Below are positions 45,790 through 55,605 of a stretch of DNA of 64,000 nucleotides, piece by piece. How positions within the stretch are numbered: position 1 is the stretch's first letter; each line of letters opens with the position of its first letter. Made by a program: the position numbers and the translations under genes. The stretch is from Minisyncoccota bacterium. GTDB lineage: Bacteria; Patescibacteriota; Minisyncoccia; Phycocordibacterales; UBA6065. The DNA lies in the NCBI GenBank assembly GCA_035714745.1, contig DASTLR010000003.1, positions 161-64,160 on the forward strand, read 5' to 3'. The notes under the pieces were generated by a model. That model was not told the origin of the DNA, ran no database searches, and saw only the letters and a list, made by a program, of their open reading frames with translations.

Positions 45790-46791
45790 ATGAACTCCAT
45801 CCGACATTGCAACGGTCAGACATACATCATCACCCACGACCTGGGTGAACGGATTCAGTCCCTCCAATCAATCGGCCTCAGAACCCCGGCGGCGAGCGAC
45901 GATTTCTTTCTGGGATTCAACCACGGACTCAAAAGTCTCATTTCCGAAGCGCTTCCGGGTGTTGAGGTCATCGACTACGACATGAAGGGTCTGGCCAGCG
46001 AAGTCTGGGCAGAATCGACGAGAATGCTTGAGTCCATCACGGATTCCGTATTCGTCAGCACGTGCGCGGAGGTCGCTTCCTTGCGACGCGGTCAGACCAT
46101 CGAGGTCAACCGTATCGTCGACGAGACCGGCAAAATTATCGGGCTTGGGCCACGCCCCGGCAATCCCCGGCTCGGCGAGCAGATCGCTCGGATCGTGGCA
46201 TATGCCGACGGTCGTCCGATTATCCTGACGGAAGACGGAGCCTTCTCCGGCTATACCGTCGAGTATATCCTCAAGCTCCTGCGGGCACGAGGGGCTAGGG
46301 TGGCTGCCGTGGTGCTCGGCCTATGCTTTCCGGGAGCGAAGGAACTCTTTTCGAAGTCGTTCGAAGGCGAGCTCGTAATAGTCGAGAAGGTCGACCATCC
46401 GTTCGAGTGGATGCCCGACCATGACTTCGTCCCGTTCGTCCCGAACTGCGGCCGCGTCTATGGTGGGCGTTTCGGCAAGGATGTTCTGCCATATTACTCG
46501 CATGACGGGCACGCATTCTCGTTTCCGTATGTGCGGCCTTACGGTGACCCCGTGGACTGGGCCAGCATCCCGCAGGAACACGCGGCAGAACTCTCGAGGT
46601 TCTGCCTGCAGACGTCGCACATGCTCTATGAAATCCTCGACAAGCTCAATGGCCGGTCGATCATGATGCATGACCTGTTGGCCAGCAAGCCACGAGTCTG
46701 CGTGCCCATGAGTATGGGCGGGAACGACCTTCCGCAGACCGACTTCTGTGTATCAGAATATCTCAGCGAGGTCTGCCAGGAGCTCGCTTAA
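45790..46791 (+). CDS. Phosphoribosyltransferase-like protein
   Basis: IILTEDGAFSGYT resembles a PRPP-binding loop; SD AGGTG upstream; terminator at 46798-46826. Confidence 0.55.
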   Translation: MNSIRHCNGQTYIITHDLGERIQSLQSIGLRTPAASDDFFLGFNHGLKSLISEALPGVEVIDYDMKGLASEVWAESTRMLESITDSVFVSTCAEVASLRRGQTIEVNRIVDETGKIIGLGPRPGNPRLGEQIARIVAYADGRPIILTEDGAFSGYTVEYILKLLRARGARVAAVVLGLCFPGAKELFSKSFEGELVIVEKVDHPFEWMPDHDFVPFVPNCGRVYGGRFGKDVLPYYSHDGHAFSFPYVRPYGDPVDWASIPQEHAAELSRFCLQTSHMLYEILDKLNGRSIMMHDLLASKPRVCVPMSMGGNDLPQTDFCVSEYLSEVCQELA

Positions 46792-46867
46792 ATTACGACT
46801 CCGTGCTGCAACGCACGGAGTTTTTTATTCAAGAAACATTCCTCAATTTAGCCGCTCAGGCTCTCGG

Positions 46868-48499
46868 CTACACCACCGGCACCTCCACATAGAACTGGCT
46901 GCCCTGGCCCTCGCCGGCGGATTCGGCCCAGACGCGGCCGCCGTGGGCGGTGACGATCTCGCGGGCGATGAAGAGGCCCAGGCCCGTGCCGTGGATGTTG
47001 GCCTCGCTCGCCTTGGGCGCGCGGGAGAACTTCTGGAAGAGCTTCGGCATGACGTCGGCGCGGATGCCCACGCCGGTGTCTTTGACGGCGAAGAGCGCCT
47101 TGCCGTCCTTCCTGCGGAGGCTGATGGCGATCGAGCCCTCGGGCGTATATTTCACGGAGTTGTCGATGGTGTTCATGAGGACCTGCTTGAACTTGTCAGG
47201 GTCGGCCTTGATCTTGTACGGCTGGCTCTCGTCCACGTCGACCGACCACTTCAGGCCTTTCGCCTCGATGTTCGGCTGCTGCTCGCGGGCCACTTCCTTG
47301 ACCAGGTCCCTGAAGTCCATGTCGCGCAGGTCGTACTTCATCGTCCCCAGCTCGATGCGCGAGACGTTCAGGTAGTCCTCGACGATGTTGATCATGGTCC
47401 TGATCGAGGTGTAGATGGTCTGGACGACGCCCTTGACGCCGTCAGAGACCGGACCGAAGTCCCCTTCCAGGATGAGCGACGCGTTGCCTTTCATGGCCGT
47501 CAGAGGGCTGCGCAGCTGATGCGTGGCAAAGGAGATGAATTCCGTCTTCTGCTTGTCCAGCTCGAGCAGGCGGGTGTTCTTGGTGTCGAGCTCGGCGGCG
47601 AGCTTTTCGATCTTCTCTCTCGCTTTTTCCTCGCTGTTTATATTCTTCAACAGGACAAAAGTCGCGCCAACAGCAAGAACCAAAGTTACACCAGTCAAGA
47701 CTTGGTTAGTCGTGTTCTCGAGAAAAAAGAATTGGGAACCGACAAGTATAAGGAGAGTGTAGGCGAGCAGCTGCGTACCAAAAGATCGTATCTTGAATAT
47801 TCGCAGGTTAGTGATCGAATATATAATCATGCCAAGGAACACAGGTAGGATGAAAAGGCTATAGAGATTTATCTCATAGACACCGGTAACACTGGCTACA
47901 TACTCTGTCACTGAAAATACCGTAAAGAATAACAACAATGCGAGTGCGACTATCGCTATTTGCCATTTCTTCTTCGCGTCAGATTTTCGTATCCCTCTGA
48001 TACCAAAGATCACAACATATACACACACGAACCATTCGATGCCAAGCTTATAGTTCGTCAGCAGCTCACCATTGAACGCCTCGCACTGCGGCTGGTTGAA
48101 TCCAGTTATCGAATGTCCGGTAATCGTCAATAGCCAAGCCGGGACCGAAAGACCTAGAAATGCGACTTTGACCCAATTAGATATCGGCTTTCCATCATTC
48201 AAAAGCACAGAGAAAAAATATGCGCCAGCCAGGAAGAAGATAACGTTGATGTAATCGAGCGGAGCCCAAACTGCGGTGACAAGATGATAGTCGCTCACGG
48301 TCCAATCAATCACGCTTCCGATCAACCATAAGCAGTATGTTCCGGCGAATAGTGAGAATACTTTAGACAAGAGAGAATACTTCGACTTGATGAGCGTGAA
48401 AAAGATCAGGAGCGCGCTTATTGAGACAGGGATCAAGTGCGAGTAATACGCGATAGTATGATAACTCTCTGTCGTCGCTATGCATGTATTTAAATCCAT
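46868..48499 (-). CDS. Sensor histidine kinase with multi-TM N-terminal sensor
   Basis: Multiple TM helices; FATHQLRSPL (H box), N..DNSVKYT, DTGVG, GTGLGL. Confidence 0.93.
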   Translation of the reverse strand: MDLNTCIATTESYHTIAYYSHLIPVSISALLIFFTLIKSKYSLLSKVFSLFAGTYCLWLIGSVIDWTVSDYHLVTAVWAPLDYINVIFFLAGAYFFSVLLNDGKPISNWVKVAFLGLSVPAWLLTITGHSITGFNQPQCEAFNGELLTNYKLGIEWFVCVYVVIFGIRGIRKSDAKKKWQIAIVALALLLFFTVFSVTEYVASVTGVYEINLYSLFILPVFLGMIIYSITNLRIFKIRSFGTQLLAYTLLILVGSQFFFLENTTNQVLTGVTLVLAVGATFVLLKNINSEEKAREKIEKLAAELDTKNTRLLELDKQKTEFISFATHQLRSPLTAMKGNASLILEGDFGPVSDGVKGVVQTIYTSIRTMINIVEDYLNVSRIELGTMKYDLRDMDFRDLVKEVAREQQPNIEAKGLKWSVDVDESQPYKIKADPDKFKQVLMNTIDNSVKYTPEGSIAISLRRKDGKALFAVKDTGVGIRADVMPKLFQKFSRAPKASEANIHGTGLGLFIAREIVTAHGGRVWAESAGEGQGSQFYVEVPVV

Positions 48500-48517
48500 A
48501 CGGATGCTATAAACGGA

Positions 48518-49045
48518 TTAGGCTCTCTTATCTTTCAGCGCAGCGATCTTGTCTTCCAGATACGGTTGAAAATATCCCTTATATTTCTCATGCAATCGCG
48601 GCAACTTCCAGTCATCATAGCTCAAGGTTCCCCTGCACGTCTTTTGTCCACAGAAACACTTTACAGGATAAGGAGGTATCTTCGCGGATAGGACCATGGC
48701 GTAATCGAAGCAGATCTCCTCTCCTGCAACGATATCTCGCATTGCCACAAGGAAAATCTGGCCTTTGAAGCCCACGTTCGGCTCACAGCTGTGATTAAAG
48801 AAATCTACTGGCTGGATTTGACTCTCATCCATTATCCCCATGACAAATTCATCGCTTATCTGGTGAGCGTAATCATTCATTCCGGGAGGAAGCTCCTGTT
48901 CTTCCTGTACTGTAAAGATATAGCCCCCGAAGACCGCTACCTTCTCTCCTTTTTTTATCGGTTCGCCCGTTTTGACACCTTTGCCTAATTCACCCTTATC
49001 TATGACCTGCAATTTAGGATTGATCCAAGAAAATATTCTAGACAT
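48518..49045 (-). CDS. SET-domain protein-lysine methyltransferase with post-SET cysteines
   Basis: GKGV, FNHSCEPN, GEEICFDY, CFCG...CRG. Confidence 0.9.
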   Translation of the reverse strand: MSRIFSWINPKLQVIDKGELGKGVKTGEPIKKGEKVAVFGGYIFTVQEEQELPPGMNDYAHQISDEFVMGIMDESQIQPVDFFNHSCEPNVGFKGQIFLVAMRDIVAGEEICFDYAMVLSAKIPPYPVKCFCGQKTCRGTLSYDDWKLPRLHEKYKGYFQPYLEDKIAALKDKRA

Positions 49046-49047
49046 AT

Positions 49048-49914
49048 CTATATATTACTCTTATTTTTTACGAAACCTATCGTGTTATGTGGATGACACA
49101 TCCAAAAAGAATCTCCCTCTATTTCTGTCGGCTCAAGAGCCACGATCAATGGTCTATATCCTGATTCTTTCATCACTTTGATGAATGCTGGCAAAAAGAC
49201 GTCTCTTGTGAATTCCTTTTCTTTCACATCGAGCATGAAGTTCTCAAAAAGAATGCCATGCTGAAGAAACAGTCTCAGAAAATGCACATAATAATCTTTG
49301 GCATTACCGCCACACTTCGAAAACCAACCCGAGGCGTCGTAAAAAGAAGTGTTATCGATATGAGAATATGTCTGGGTCAAGAATTCACGATGGAAATCTC
49401 CGAGTTTTTGACCCCAAACTGTGGTTATCTCTGAAAGCCTTTTTCCTTTGAACCTGTTGAAATCGACTATATTAACTCTGTCTATCTTTTGGCCGCCCTT
49501 TTTTCCAGTCCCCGCATAAAAGGACATCTTGCAAAGATTATATTTCCACTCGTTATTGTCAGTAAATTTATCTTCGAGATATTCGAAGAAAAGTGGCTTG
49601 AATGCATCACTTAGAACATCGGCGACGCTTATGAAGCGCCTTACCTCGTAGTTTGGCGTCGCGATCTGCCGAAACATGACTGCACAGCTTTTATCTTCAA
49701 AAGCATCCGGTACTCCAGCAACGAGGGATCTTTCGATATAGGAAAGCAGACCTCGATTCCTTTTTCTCTTCTCAAGCTCATTAACAGCCTCGAGAAGCGG
49801 CGTGTAGACGAACTCACTAAAAGCCTCTCGGTCACTTATCAGTCTATCTATGAGCTCTTTCGTCTCATCATCGACGTTTATCTTCAGGAGATCCGTTGTC
49901 TCGTACGTAGGCAT
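49048..49914 (-). CDS. Hypothetical protein
   Basis: ~288-aa ORF tightly coupled between the Cys-rich protein and the SET gene; no recognised motif. Confidence 0.7.
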   Translation of the reverse strand: MPTYETTDLLKINVDDETKELIDRLISDREAFSEFVYTPLLEAVNELEKRKRNRGLLSYIERSLVAGVPDAFEDKSCAVMFRQIATPNYEVRRFISVADVLSDAFKPLFFEYLEDKFTDNNEWKYNLCKMSFYAGTGKKGGQKIDRVNIVDFNRFKGKRLSEITTVWGQKLGDFHREFLTQTYSHIDNTSFYDASGWFSKCGGNAKDYYVHFLRLFLQHGILFENFMLDVKEKEFTRDVFLPAFIKVMKESGYRPLIVALEPTEIEGDSFWMCHPHNTIGFVKNKSNI

Positions 49915-49921
49915 AGGAGAT

Positions 49922-50254
49922 TTAGATTGAGGCTGAGCAGACGTCTCCCGCAGATTCGTCACAAGCGACTACTGCACATGATATTGAGCCGCTTTTGCAT
50001 TCAGATAAGCAAGAATTATCTTTACAGCCAGAAAAATCTGCGGCCTTTATCTTAAAGACCTGATATTCCGATAGATTGTTCGGGGGGCAACCGTCTGGTC
50101 CTTGGCAGTCACGGACATAGCATATCTGACTTGTTGGATCGCAAGGGGCTTCCACTAAAAAATCATAGCTCTTTTTATCGTAAAAAATATAGTAACTAGC
50201 CCCTAGCGCAGAGACGAACATCAGGGACAGGATAGTAAACAGCGCCTTATTCAT
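49922..50254 (-). CDS. Small membrane-anchored Cys-rich protein
   Basis: N-terminal TM; about ten Cys (CDP...C...C....C); TATAAT 7 nt before the ATG. Confidence 0.75.
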   Translation of the reverse strand: MNKALFTILSLMFVSALGASYYIFYDKKSYDFLVEAPCDPTSQICYVRDCQGPDGCPPNNLSEYQVFKIKAADFSGCKDNSCLSECKSGSISCAVVACDESAGDVCSASI

Positions 50255-50313
50255 GGCAATAATTATACCACGGTAAAAGAAAGCGGGGTGAATGAATTCA
50301 CCCCGCCGTTAGA

Positions 50314-50868
50314 TTAGCCGTGGACGTATTTCCAGCCTACCTCAATGATCTTGACCAGGAGCCCGGTCCTGATGATCCAGTAGAGATTGCCGAAGAATAC
50401 CGATCCAAAGAGAATCTGCCAGTCTCGCTTCGATACTCCCGCGAAGTGCGCCTTCCGATAATGGACGGCGACGACGAACGGGTCTACGAATACGCTCATG
50501 GCGATGAAACCGAGTGCCTTGAGGAACCTTCCCGAGAAGGTCTGGTGCTCTTTCTTTACAGCCCAGACTATCGCCTTCTCAGCCCAGTTCTTCTCCTTTT
50601 TCTTCATGACGTCCTCCACGTAGGTGACGCCGACCCAGTCGATTCCCATCTTGTCGAAAACGACAAGGAGGACGCCGCACTGGATGAAGGAGAGAGAGGT
50701 CATGACCAGGCCGCCTTTGACAGCGCCAAGCCATGCGATCACCCCCATGTAGAGAGGGTAATTGAAGAGCCAGTTGAAGATCCCATACAAAGTCATACCG
50801 GTTCCAATCTCTGCAATCTTTTTACGGTGGTGCAGAAACCACCCTTTTAACGAACATCCAGTATGCAC
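50314..50868 (-). CDS. Hypothetical integral membrane protein
   Basis: 3-4 hydrophobic segments; SD AGGAGG upstream; terminator-like hairpin at 50280-50307. Confidence 0.7.
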   Translation of the reverse strand: MHTGCSLKGWFLHHRKKIAEIGTGMTLYGIFNWLFNYPLYMGVIAWLGAVKGGLVMTSLSFIQCGVLLVVFDKMGIDWVGVTYVEDVMKKKEKNWAEKAIVWAVKKEHQTFSGRFLKALGFIAMSVFVDPFVVAVHYRKAHFAGVSKRDWQILFGSVFFGNLYWIIRTGLLVKIIEVGWKYVHG

Positions 50869-51007
50869 GGTGCATACCTCCTTTCAGGTTATATTATAGC
50901 ATATGCATACATAATCTGTCAATACTTATAGATATTTGGGCTTAAAATCGGCATTCGAACATCCAAAAGACATTGCTATTCCCAGCGGCCCATGGAAAAG
51001 TGTAAGG

Positions 51008-51613
51008 ATGAAGAAGACACTGTATCTGATCCCAGGCTTTGGAGAGACCTCCTCTGATCCGGCATACGTTCGCATCTCCAGGGTAGCTAAAGAAGCTGGA
51101 TACCACGTAGTTCCATTCGATCCTACATGGGATAGAAGCGCCGCCACGCGATGGGTCGCCGACTTCTCCCGAATCGTCGAGAGGGACGGCGCCAAAAACG
51201 CGAGCGTCATTGGTTTCTCCTTTGGCGCCTATATCGCCGTGCTTGCGGCAAAGAAGTACGATTTCAACAGGCTCTATCTGTGCTCTCTTTCGCCATACTT
51301 CAAGGACGACCTCCCACATATCCCCGATGCTGCCTGGAAGGCGCTTGGATCGAGAAGGAAAGCTGATTTTTCCAGCCATTCTTTCCCTGAAGATATCGGC
51401 GCGAGCGCGGTCTTCTTTGTCGGCGAACATGAGATTCGCTATGAGCTACAGGCGGTCGAAAAGCGATATCGGGCTTGGAAGGGAGAGAAAAAATACATAG
51501 TCGTGCCTGATGCGGACCATGACCTTGAATCGGGCGAGTACTTGGACTCGCTATTATCGGAAATAAAAGTTCTTCATGAAGCAGCCGTTGCGGAAAAAGA
51601 CATTAGCTTCTAA
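51008..51613 (+). CDS. Alpha/beta hydrolase
   Basis: LIPGF, GFSFGA nucleophile elbow, ADH.L His. Confidence 0.8.
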   Translation: MKKTLYLIPGFGETSSDPAYVRISRVAKEAGYHVVPFDPTWDRSAATRWVADFSRIVERDGAKNASVIGFSFGAYIAVLAAKKYDFNRLYLCSLSPYFKDDLPHIPDAAWKALGSRRKADFSSHSFPEDIGASAVFFVGEHEIRYELQAVEKRYRAWKGEKKYIVVPDADHDLESGEYLDSLLSEIKVLHEAAVAEKDISF

Positions 51614-52742
51614 GAACTTCATGTCTGATCTCAGACAATATATCAGAGAGTTTTTTTGCATTCTTCTCCCATGCAACATGTTTGGCAATAAATTCTTTAG
51701 CACGTGCCCCTAGCTTCATACGCTTTTCATCATCGCTAATTAAATCCAAAACTGCTTTTTTCAGATCAAGAATATCGGCGGGCTTTATCAGAATCCCATT
51801 TTCCCCATGTATGATCACATCCTCATTACCATTATTAATAGTCGTGATCACCGGCTTTCCTGCGGACATGGATTCAAGAACCGTGCCCATCAATCCATCC
51901 CCCTGATGAGAAGGAAAGACGCAAATGTCTGCCATAGAGAAATAATCATACGGATTACTTACCAAGCCAATCACTGATACCTTTTCCGTAATACCAAAAT
52001 CTCTGATTTTTTGCTCGATATGTTGTTTGAGTTCGCCGTCTCCGAGTATCCATAAATGGACATTGTCCTGTTCCGCTAGAATTTCTTTAAAGGCATGAAT
52101 AAGAGTAATGATTCCCTTTCTCTCAATCAATCTTCCAGCAAAGACAAGATTGCATCCGGCCTTTGGCGGTATCGTATTTTGAATTACCAGAGGATAATCA
52201 ACACCTGTGCCTAGTAAATACCTTAGGTGGATATCCTTTATATACGCAGACCATTTTTCAGAAACTACAGAACTGATCGAAATGGTAGCGCTGCAAAATC
52301 TAATGAATGACCTATACAAAGGGATGTGCTCGGAAGAATATCCAGATATATACAACACATTTGGTATACCTATCGGCTTAAAAAGGCAATCTGGTAGATA
52401 GTACGACAAAATAATGTCAGGCCTGTTTAGGATCAACGCCTCATGAATTTTCTCATCAAAAGCGAGTGATTCGATGGTCCACCTCACATGATCAATGTCG
52501 GGTTTTTGTTCGTAGAGCCCAAGAATCGAGTTGCTTATATCAAACCTAAGTATATTTACATTCTCCAACGCTTTTTCAGTAAATTCTCGAAACAAAAAAC
52601 TCTCATTGAGCCTAGCCGATATGGAAGTATATAAATCTACGACGTGCCCCATCCTGGAAAGATACTCCGCATGCTTTAGGGAGACCTTCTCGGACCCTGC
52701 TATATGATAGGATGTCCTAGGCTGAACAATCGCGATTCTCAT
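51603..52742 (-). CDS. Glycosyltransferase family 4
   Basis: AGSEK, FAGRL.ERKG, GDG, FPS..DG.G...LESM.AGKPV. Confidence 0.88.
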   Translation of the reverse strand: MRIAIVQPRTSYHIAGSEKVSLKHAEYLSRMGHVVDLYTSISARLNESFLFREFTEKALENVNILRFDISNSILGLYEQKPDIDHVRWTIESLAFDEKIHEALILNRPDIILSYYLPDCLFKPIGIPNVLYISGYSSEHIPLYRSFIRFCSATISISSVVSEKWSAYIKDIHLRYLLGTGVDYPLVIQNTIPPKAGCNLVFAGRLIERKGIITLIHAFKEILAEQDNVHLWILGDGELKQHIEQKIRDFGITEKVSVIGLVSNPYDYFSMADICVFPSHQGDGLMGTVLESMSAGKPVITTINNGNEDVIIHGENGILIKPADILDLKKAVLDLISDDEKRMKLGARAKEFIAKHVAWEKNAKKLSDILSEIRHEVLRS

Positions 52743-53263
52743 AGCTCGATTTTCTCTTCTATGTAGTCGCAGTACATATCATATTGGATCTTGCCACTGG
52801 TGTACTTATTAATAAATCCGATATATTCAGGCAGATCCTTATAATATACAAAAATTCTTTGTTCTGTTTCGTTATCTTTAAGCGGTAAAAAATGATCAAG
52901 CGATCCAATTTTACACACGAATCTCACCTGTAGATTATGCTTCTGGATCTCCTCCTCAGCGCTAGGATTAATGACCTCCAATGACCCAAGCAGCTTAATG
53001 TCCTCAGGTATAAATTGGGCCTCCTCCATAAATTCCCTACGCAAAGTCTCAAGCGCGGTCTCTCCCTCCTCAGCCCCGCCTCCTGGAGGTGTAAATCTTT
53101 CGTCACCTTTTTCTCTAACAAGAGCCACTAGATTATCCTTAGTGTTACAAAAACCGTACACCTGCTGAACTGGAATATCCTTGGGAATGATTCCCGGATG
53201 CCAGATATAAGTGATCGTATAATTGCCCTTATCCTTTATTTCAGTGAGTTTATATTTTTCCAT
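52739..53263 (-). CDS. NUDIX hydrolase
   Basis: PGGGAEEGETALETLRREFMEEA. Confidence 0.85.
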   Translation of the reverse strand: MEKYKLTEIKDKGNYTITYIWHPGIIPKDIPVQQVYGFCNTKDNLVALVREKGDERFTPPGGGAEEGETALETLRREFMEEAQFIPEDIKLLGSLEVINPSAEEEIQKHNLQVRFVCKIGSLDHFLPLKDNETEQRIFVYYKDLPEYIGFINKYTSGKIQYDMYCDYIEEKIEL

Positions 53264-53309
53264 AGTATTCGAAAAATTATAGCAAAAAGGACCCCGCTTT
53301 CACAGGATC

Positions 53310-54122
53310 CTAAACGATGCTCTCAAGGTATCTGATTTCCTTTTCGAGAATCGGAATGATTCGTCCCCGGTCTGGTTTCCTTAGGACAACTCCGCATGCG
53401 TGATCAACCGAAACTCTTGAACCCCTCTTCTCAAGAAATCTCACAAAATTTCCGGGCTGAAAATCATCAGCGCTAGTTATTTGCAAGGCCGCACTAATAA
53501 TTCTTTGTATTCTTGAGCAAGACGCCTGATGTCCGACGATAACCTGTAAGTCATCGCCTAACGATTCAAAAACCTCTCTTAGCATTCGATAGAGCCGTAA
53601 GGAGAAATCCCCCTGATGCTCTCCAAATTTCGTAAACCAGCCTATAAGTTCTGGGAACTCCGCTTTCCCGGAGCTATCGATGAGCGGGTCTCCAAAGCGA
53701 TAGAGCAATTCGCACGCATCAAGCTTTTTTTGCCACGCATTCCATGCGTCAACCAGGGGCCTATACCCCATACCTACGACATGATCCTTGATTATGAAAT
53801 CGCCTTGGTATATCTCTCTTACGCCAGAGGTTTCCATAATCTCTATCGGCATATCTATAGCAAATAGCTCTTCTGCTAGGATTGAGGCTGTTTGAATGGC
53901 CCTAAGCCGATTGCTATGCCGCAAGATAATTCGTTTAGTATTATTGCTTCCACAAAACTTGATCAACTGCTTACTTAGAGTTTTGATATCAGACTTAGTC
54001 TCTTCGATAAGAGGTTGATTTAAGTCCTGTGAAAGAATTGGGACGTCTACGCCGTGCCTTATTAAGACCATGAGGCTACCAGGGGTAGAACTCTGAATGT
54101 TTGACCTTTCGATGAGTCTCAT
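53310..54122 (-). CDS. Histidine phosphatase family protein
   Basis: LIRHG, S.RLRA.QTA, REI..G, IVGH. Confidence 0.75.
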   Translation of the reverse strand: MRLIERSNIQSSTPGSLMVLIRHGVDVPILSQDLNQPLIEETKSDIKTLSKQLIKFCGSNNTKRIILRHSNRLRAIQTASILAEELFAIDMPIEIMETSGVREIYQGDFIIKDHVVGMGYRPLVDAWNAWQKKLDACELLYRFGDPLIDSSGKAEFPELIGWFTKFGEHQGDFSLRLYRMLREVFESLGDDLQVIVGHQASCSRIQRIISAALQITSADDFQPGNFVRFLEKRGSRVSVDHACGVVLRKPDRGRIIPILEKEIRYLESIV

Positions 54123-54214
54123 GCAAAGACCCTCCTTTCTGCCGGATATAGTACAATAGATATTGAAAACTATCAAGAAATTTGGTACCGTTTCTATATA
54201 TTAATCTGCTGATT

Positions 54215-55522
54215 ATGCTGACAAAACCCATCATCTCAATCGTGCTCGGAAGCTACAACAGAAGACCCTTCTTGAAAAAAGCCATCCGCACCATTAGAGA
54301 AAACGGGATAACCGCTCCTTATGAGATAGTCGTCATAGACGGAGGCTCGTCTGACGGCAGCATCAGATACCTTTGTTCCCAAAAGGATATCATCACAATC
54401 GTCCAGCATAATAATCGCTATGCGAATGACAAAAAAAGCTGGGGTTATTATATGAACATTGCGCTTCGCTCATGTCATGGCACATACATCGTGATGATAT
54501 CGGATGATTGTCTCTTAATCCCCGGTTCGATCATGAATGCTTTTAATCTTTTTGAAAAAGAATTGGCAGATGGAAATAGAATCGGCGGCATAGCCTTTTA
54601 TTGGAGAAATCTGCCGTATGAAAAGATGTACTACGTCAGACAGACGCTGGGACACAAGCTCTCCACAAATCATGGCATGTACTTAAGAAGCGCATTGGAG
54701 GAGGTCGGATACTGCGAGGAAGATAAGTATCCATTTTATTATGGCGATGGAGATTTATCGCTTAAGCTATGGAAATCCGGATATTCAATCATTGACTGCA
54801 AAACTGCCCTTGTCGAACATTTCCATTTTGCCACCATGTCAATCCGCAAAAGGAACAACGAAGCAAAGGAGCTCCATAAAAAGGTATATATGGATTCTTG
54901 GAAGGGTAGTTTTTATGACAAAGATATTGATAACCAAAGCGGGAAAATATTTCTCAACTATTCTGACCCACGCAAAACCTATAAATATTTTAAAAGAACT
55001 CTGAGATATTATATCGGCATCCTGCAATCAAGATTTGGCTCTTACTATGGCTACGAGCGTAATCGCCCAAATAGACTTCCAAGTGTCGAAATGCTTGCTA
55101 ATCCATTGAATATAAAATATCTCCTTTCAAAGTTCAGGGTCGCTCCAGAACAATTGTGTATTTTTGCGCTCATTCGAAAAGATGGGAAAATTTTGATGGG
55201 ACTCAGGGAATATGTTAAAGGAAGGCCTGTTTGGACTTATCCAGGAGGGCGTGGACGGGTAAATGAAACCCTGATCGAAACCTTAAAAAGAGAAGTGGCG
55301 GAAGAAATCGGCGTCTTCGATATTACTCTTGTGAGGGTAGTCGGTCAAAAAGACGGCGTAAAGATCGGAGATAGGGTGTATTTCGTGGAGTGCGAGATTT
55401 CTAGTGACCCAAGACTTATAGAACCTGATAAGTTCAAAGAGTGGAAATGGTTTCCGATTGACGAATTGCCGAATAACATTATTGATAGTGAAGATATTAA
55501 GTTTTTAAAACGATTAAGGTAA
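54215..55522 (+). CDS. Glycosyltransferase family 2 fused to a C-terminal NUDIX domain
   Basis: ISIV..SYNR, VIDGGS.DG, SDD; C-terminal PGG...NETL.ETLKREV.EE.G and EPDKF.EW.WF, all in one frame. Confidence 0.8.
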   Translation: MLTKPIISIVLGSYNRRPFLKKAIRTIRENGITAPYEIVVIDGGSSDGSIRYLCSQKDIITIVQHNNRYANDKKSWGYYMNIALRSCHGTYIVMISDDCLLIPGSIMNAFNLFEKELADGNRIGGIAFYWRNLPYEKMYYVRQTLGHKLSTNHGMYLRSALEEVGYCEEDKYPFYYGDGDLSLKLWKSGYSIIDCKTALVEHFHFATMSIRKRNNEAKELHKKVYMDSWKGSFYDKDIDNQSGKIFLNYSDPRKTYKYFKRTLRYYIGILQSRFGSYYGYERNRPNRLPSVEMLANPLNIKYLLSKFRVAPEQLCIFALIRKDGKILMGLREYVKGRPVWTYPGGRGRVNETLIETLKREVAEEIGVFDITLVRVVGQKDGVKIGDRVYFVECEISSDPRLIEPDKFKEWKWFPIDELPNNIIDSEDIKFLKRLR

Positions 55523-55605
55523 CTTAATCGCTACCAATCGAATAGAAAAGAGGCCCTCCATAGGGCCCCTGGTTAATCTCAGACCGTTGCTAGCACTCTG
55601 CAAAG

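Noticed and set aside
27426-46791. Complete microcin C biosynthetic cluster
   Set aside because: No ThiF/MccB-like adenylyltransferase or clear Asn-terminated precursor peptide was found; only resistance-type families are present.
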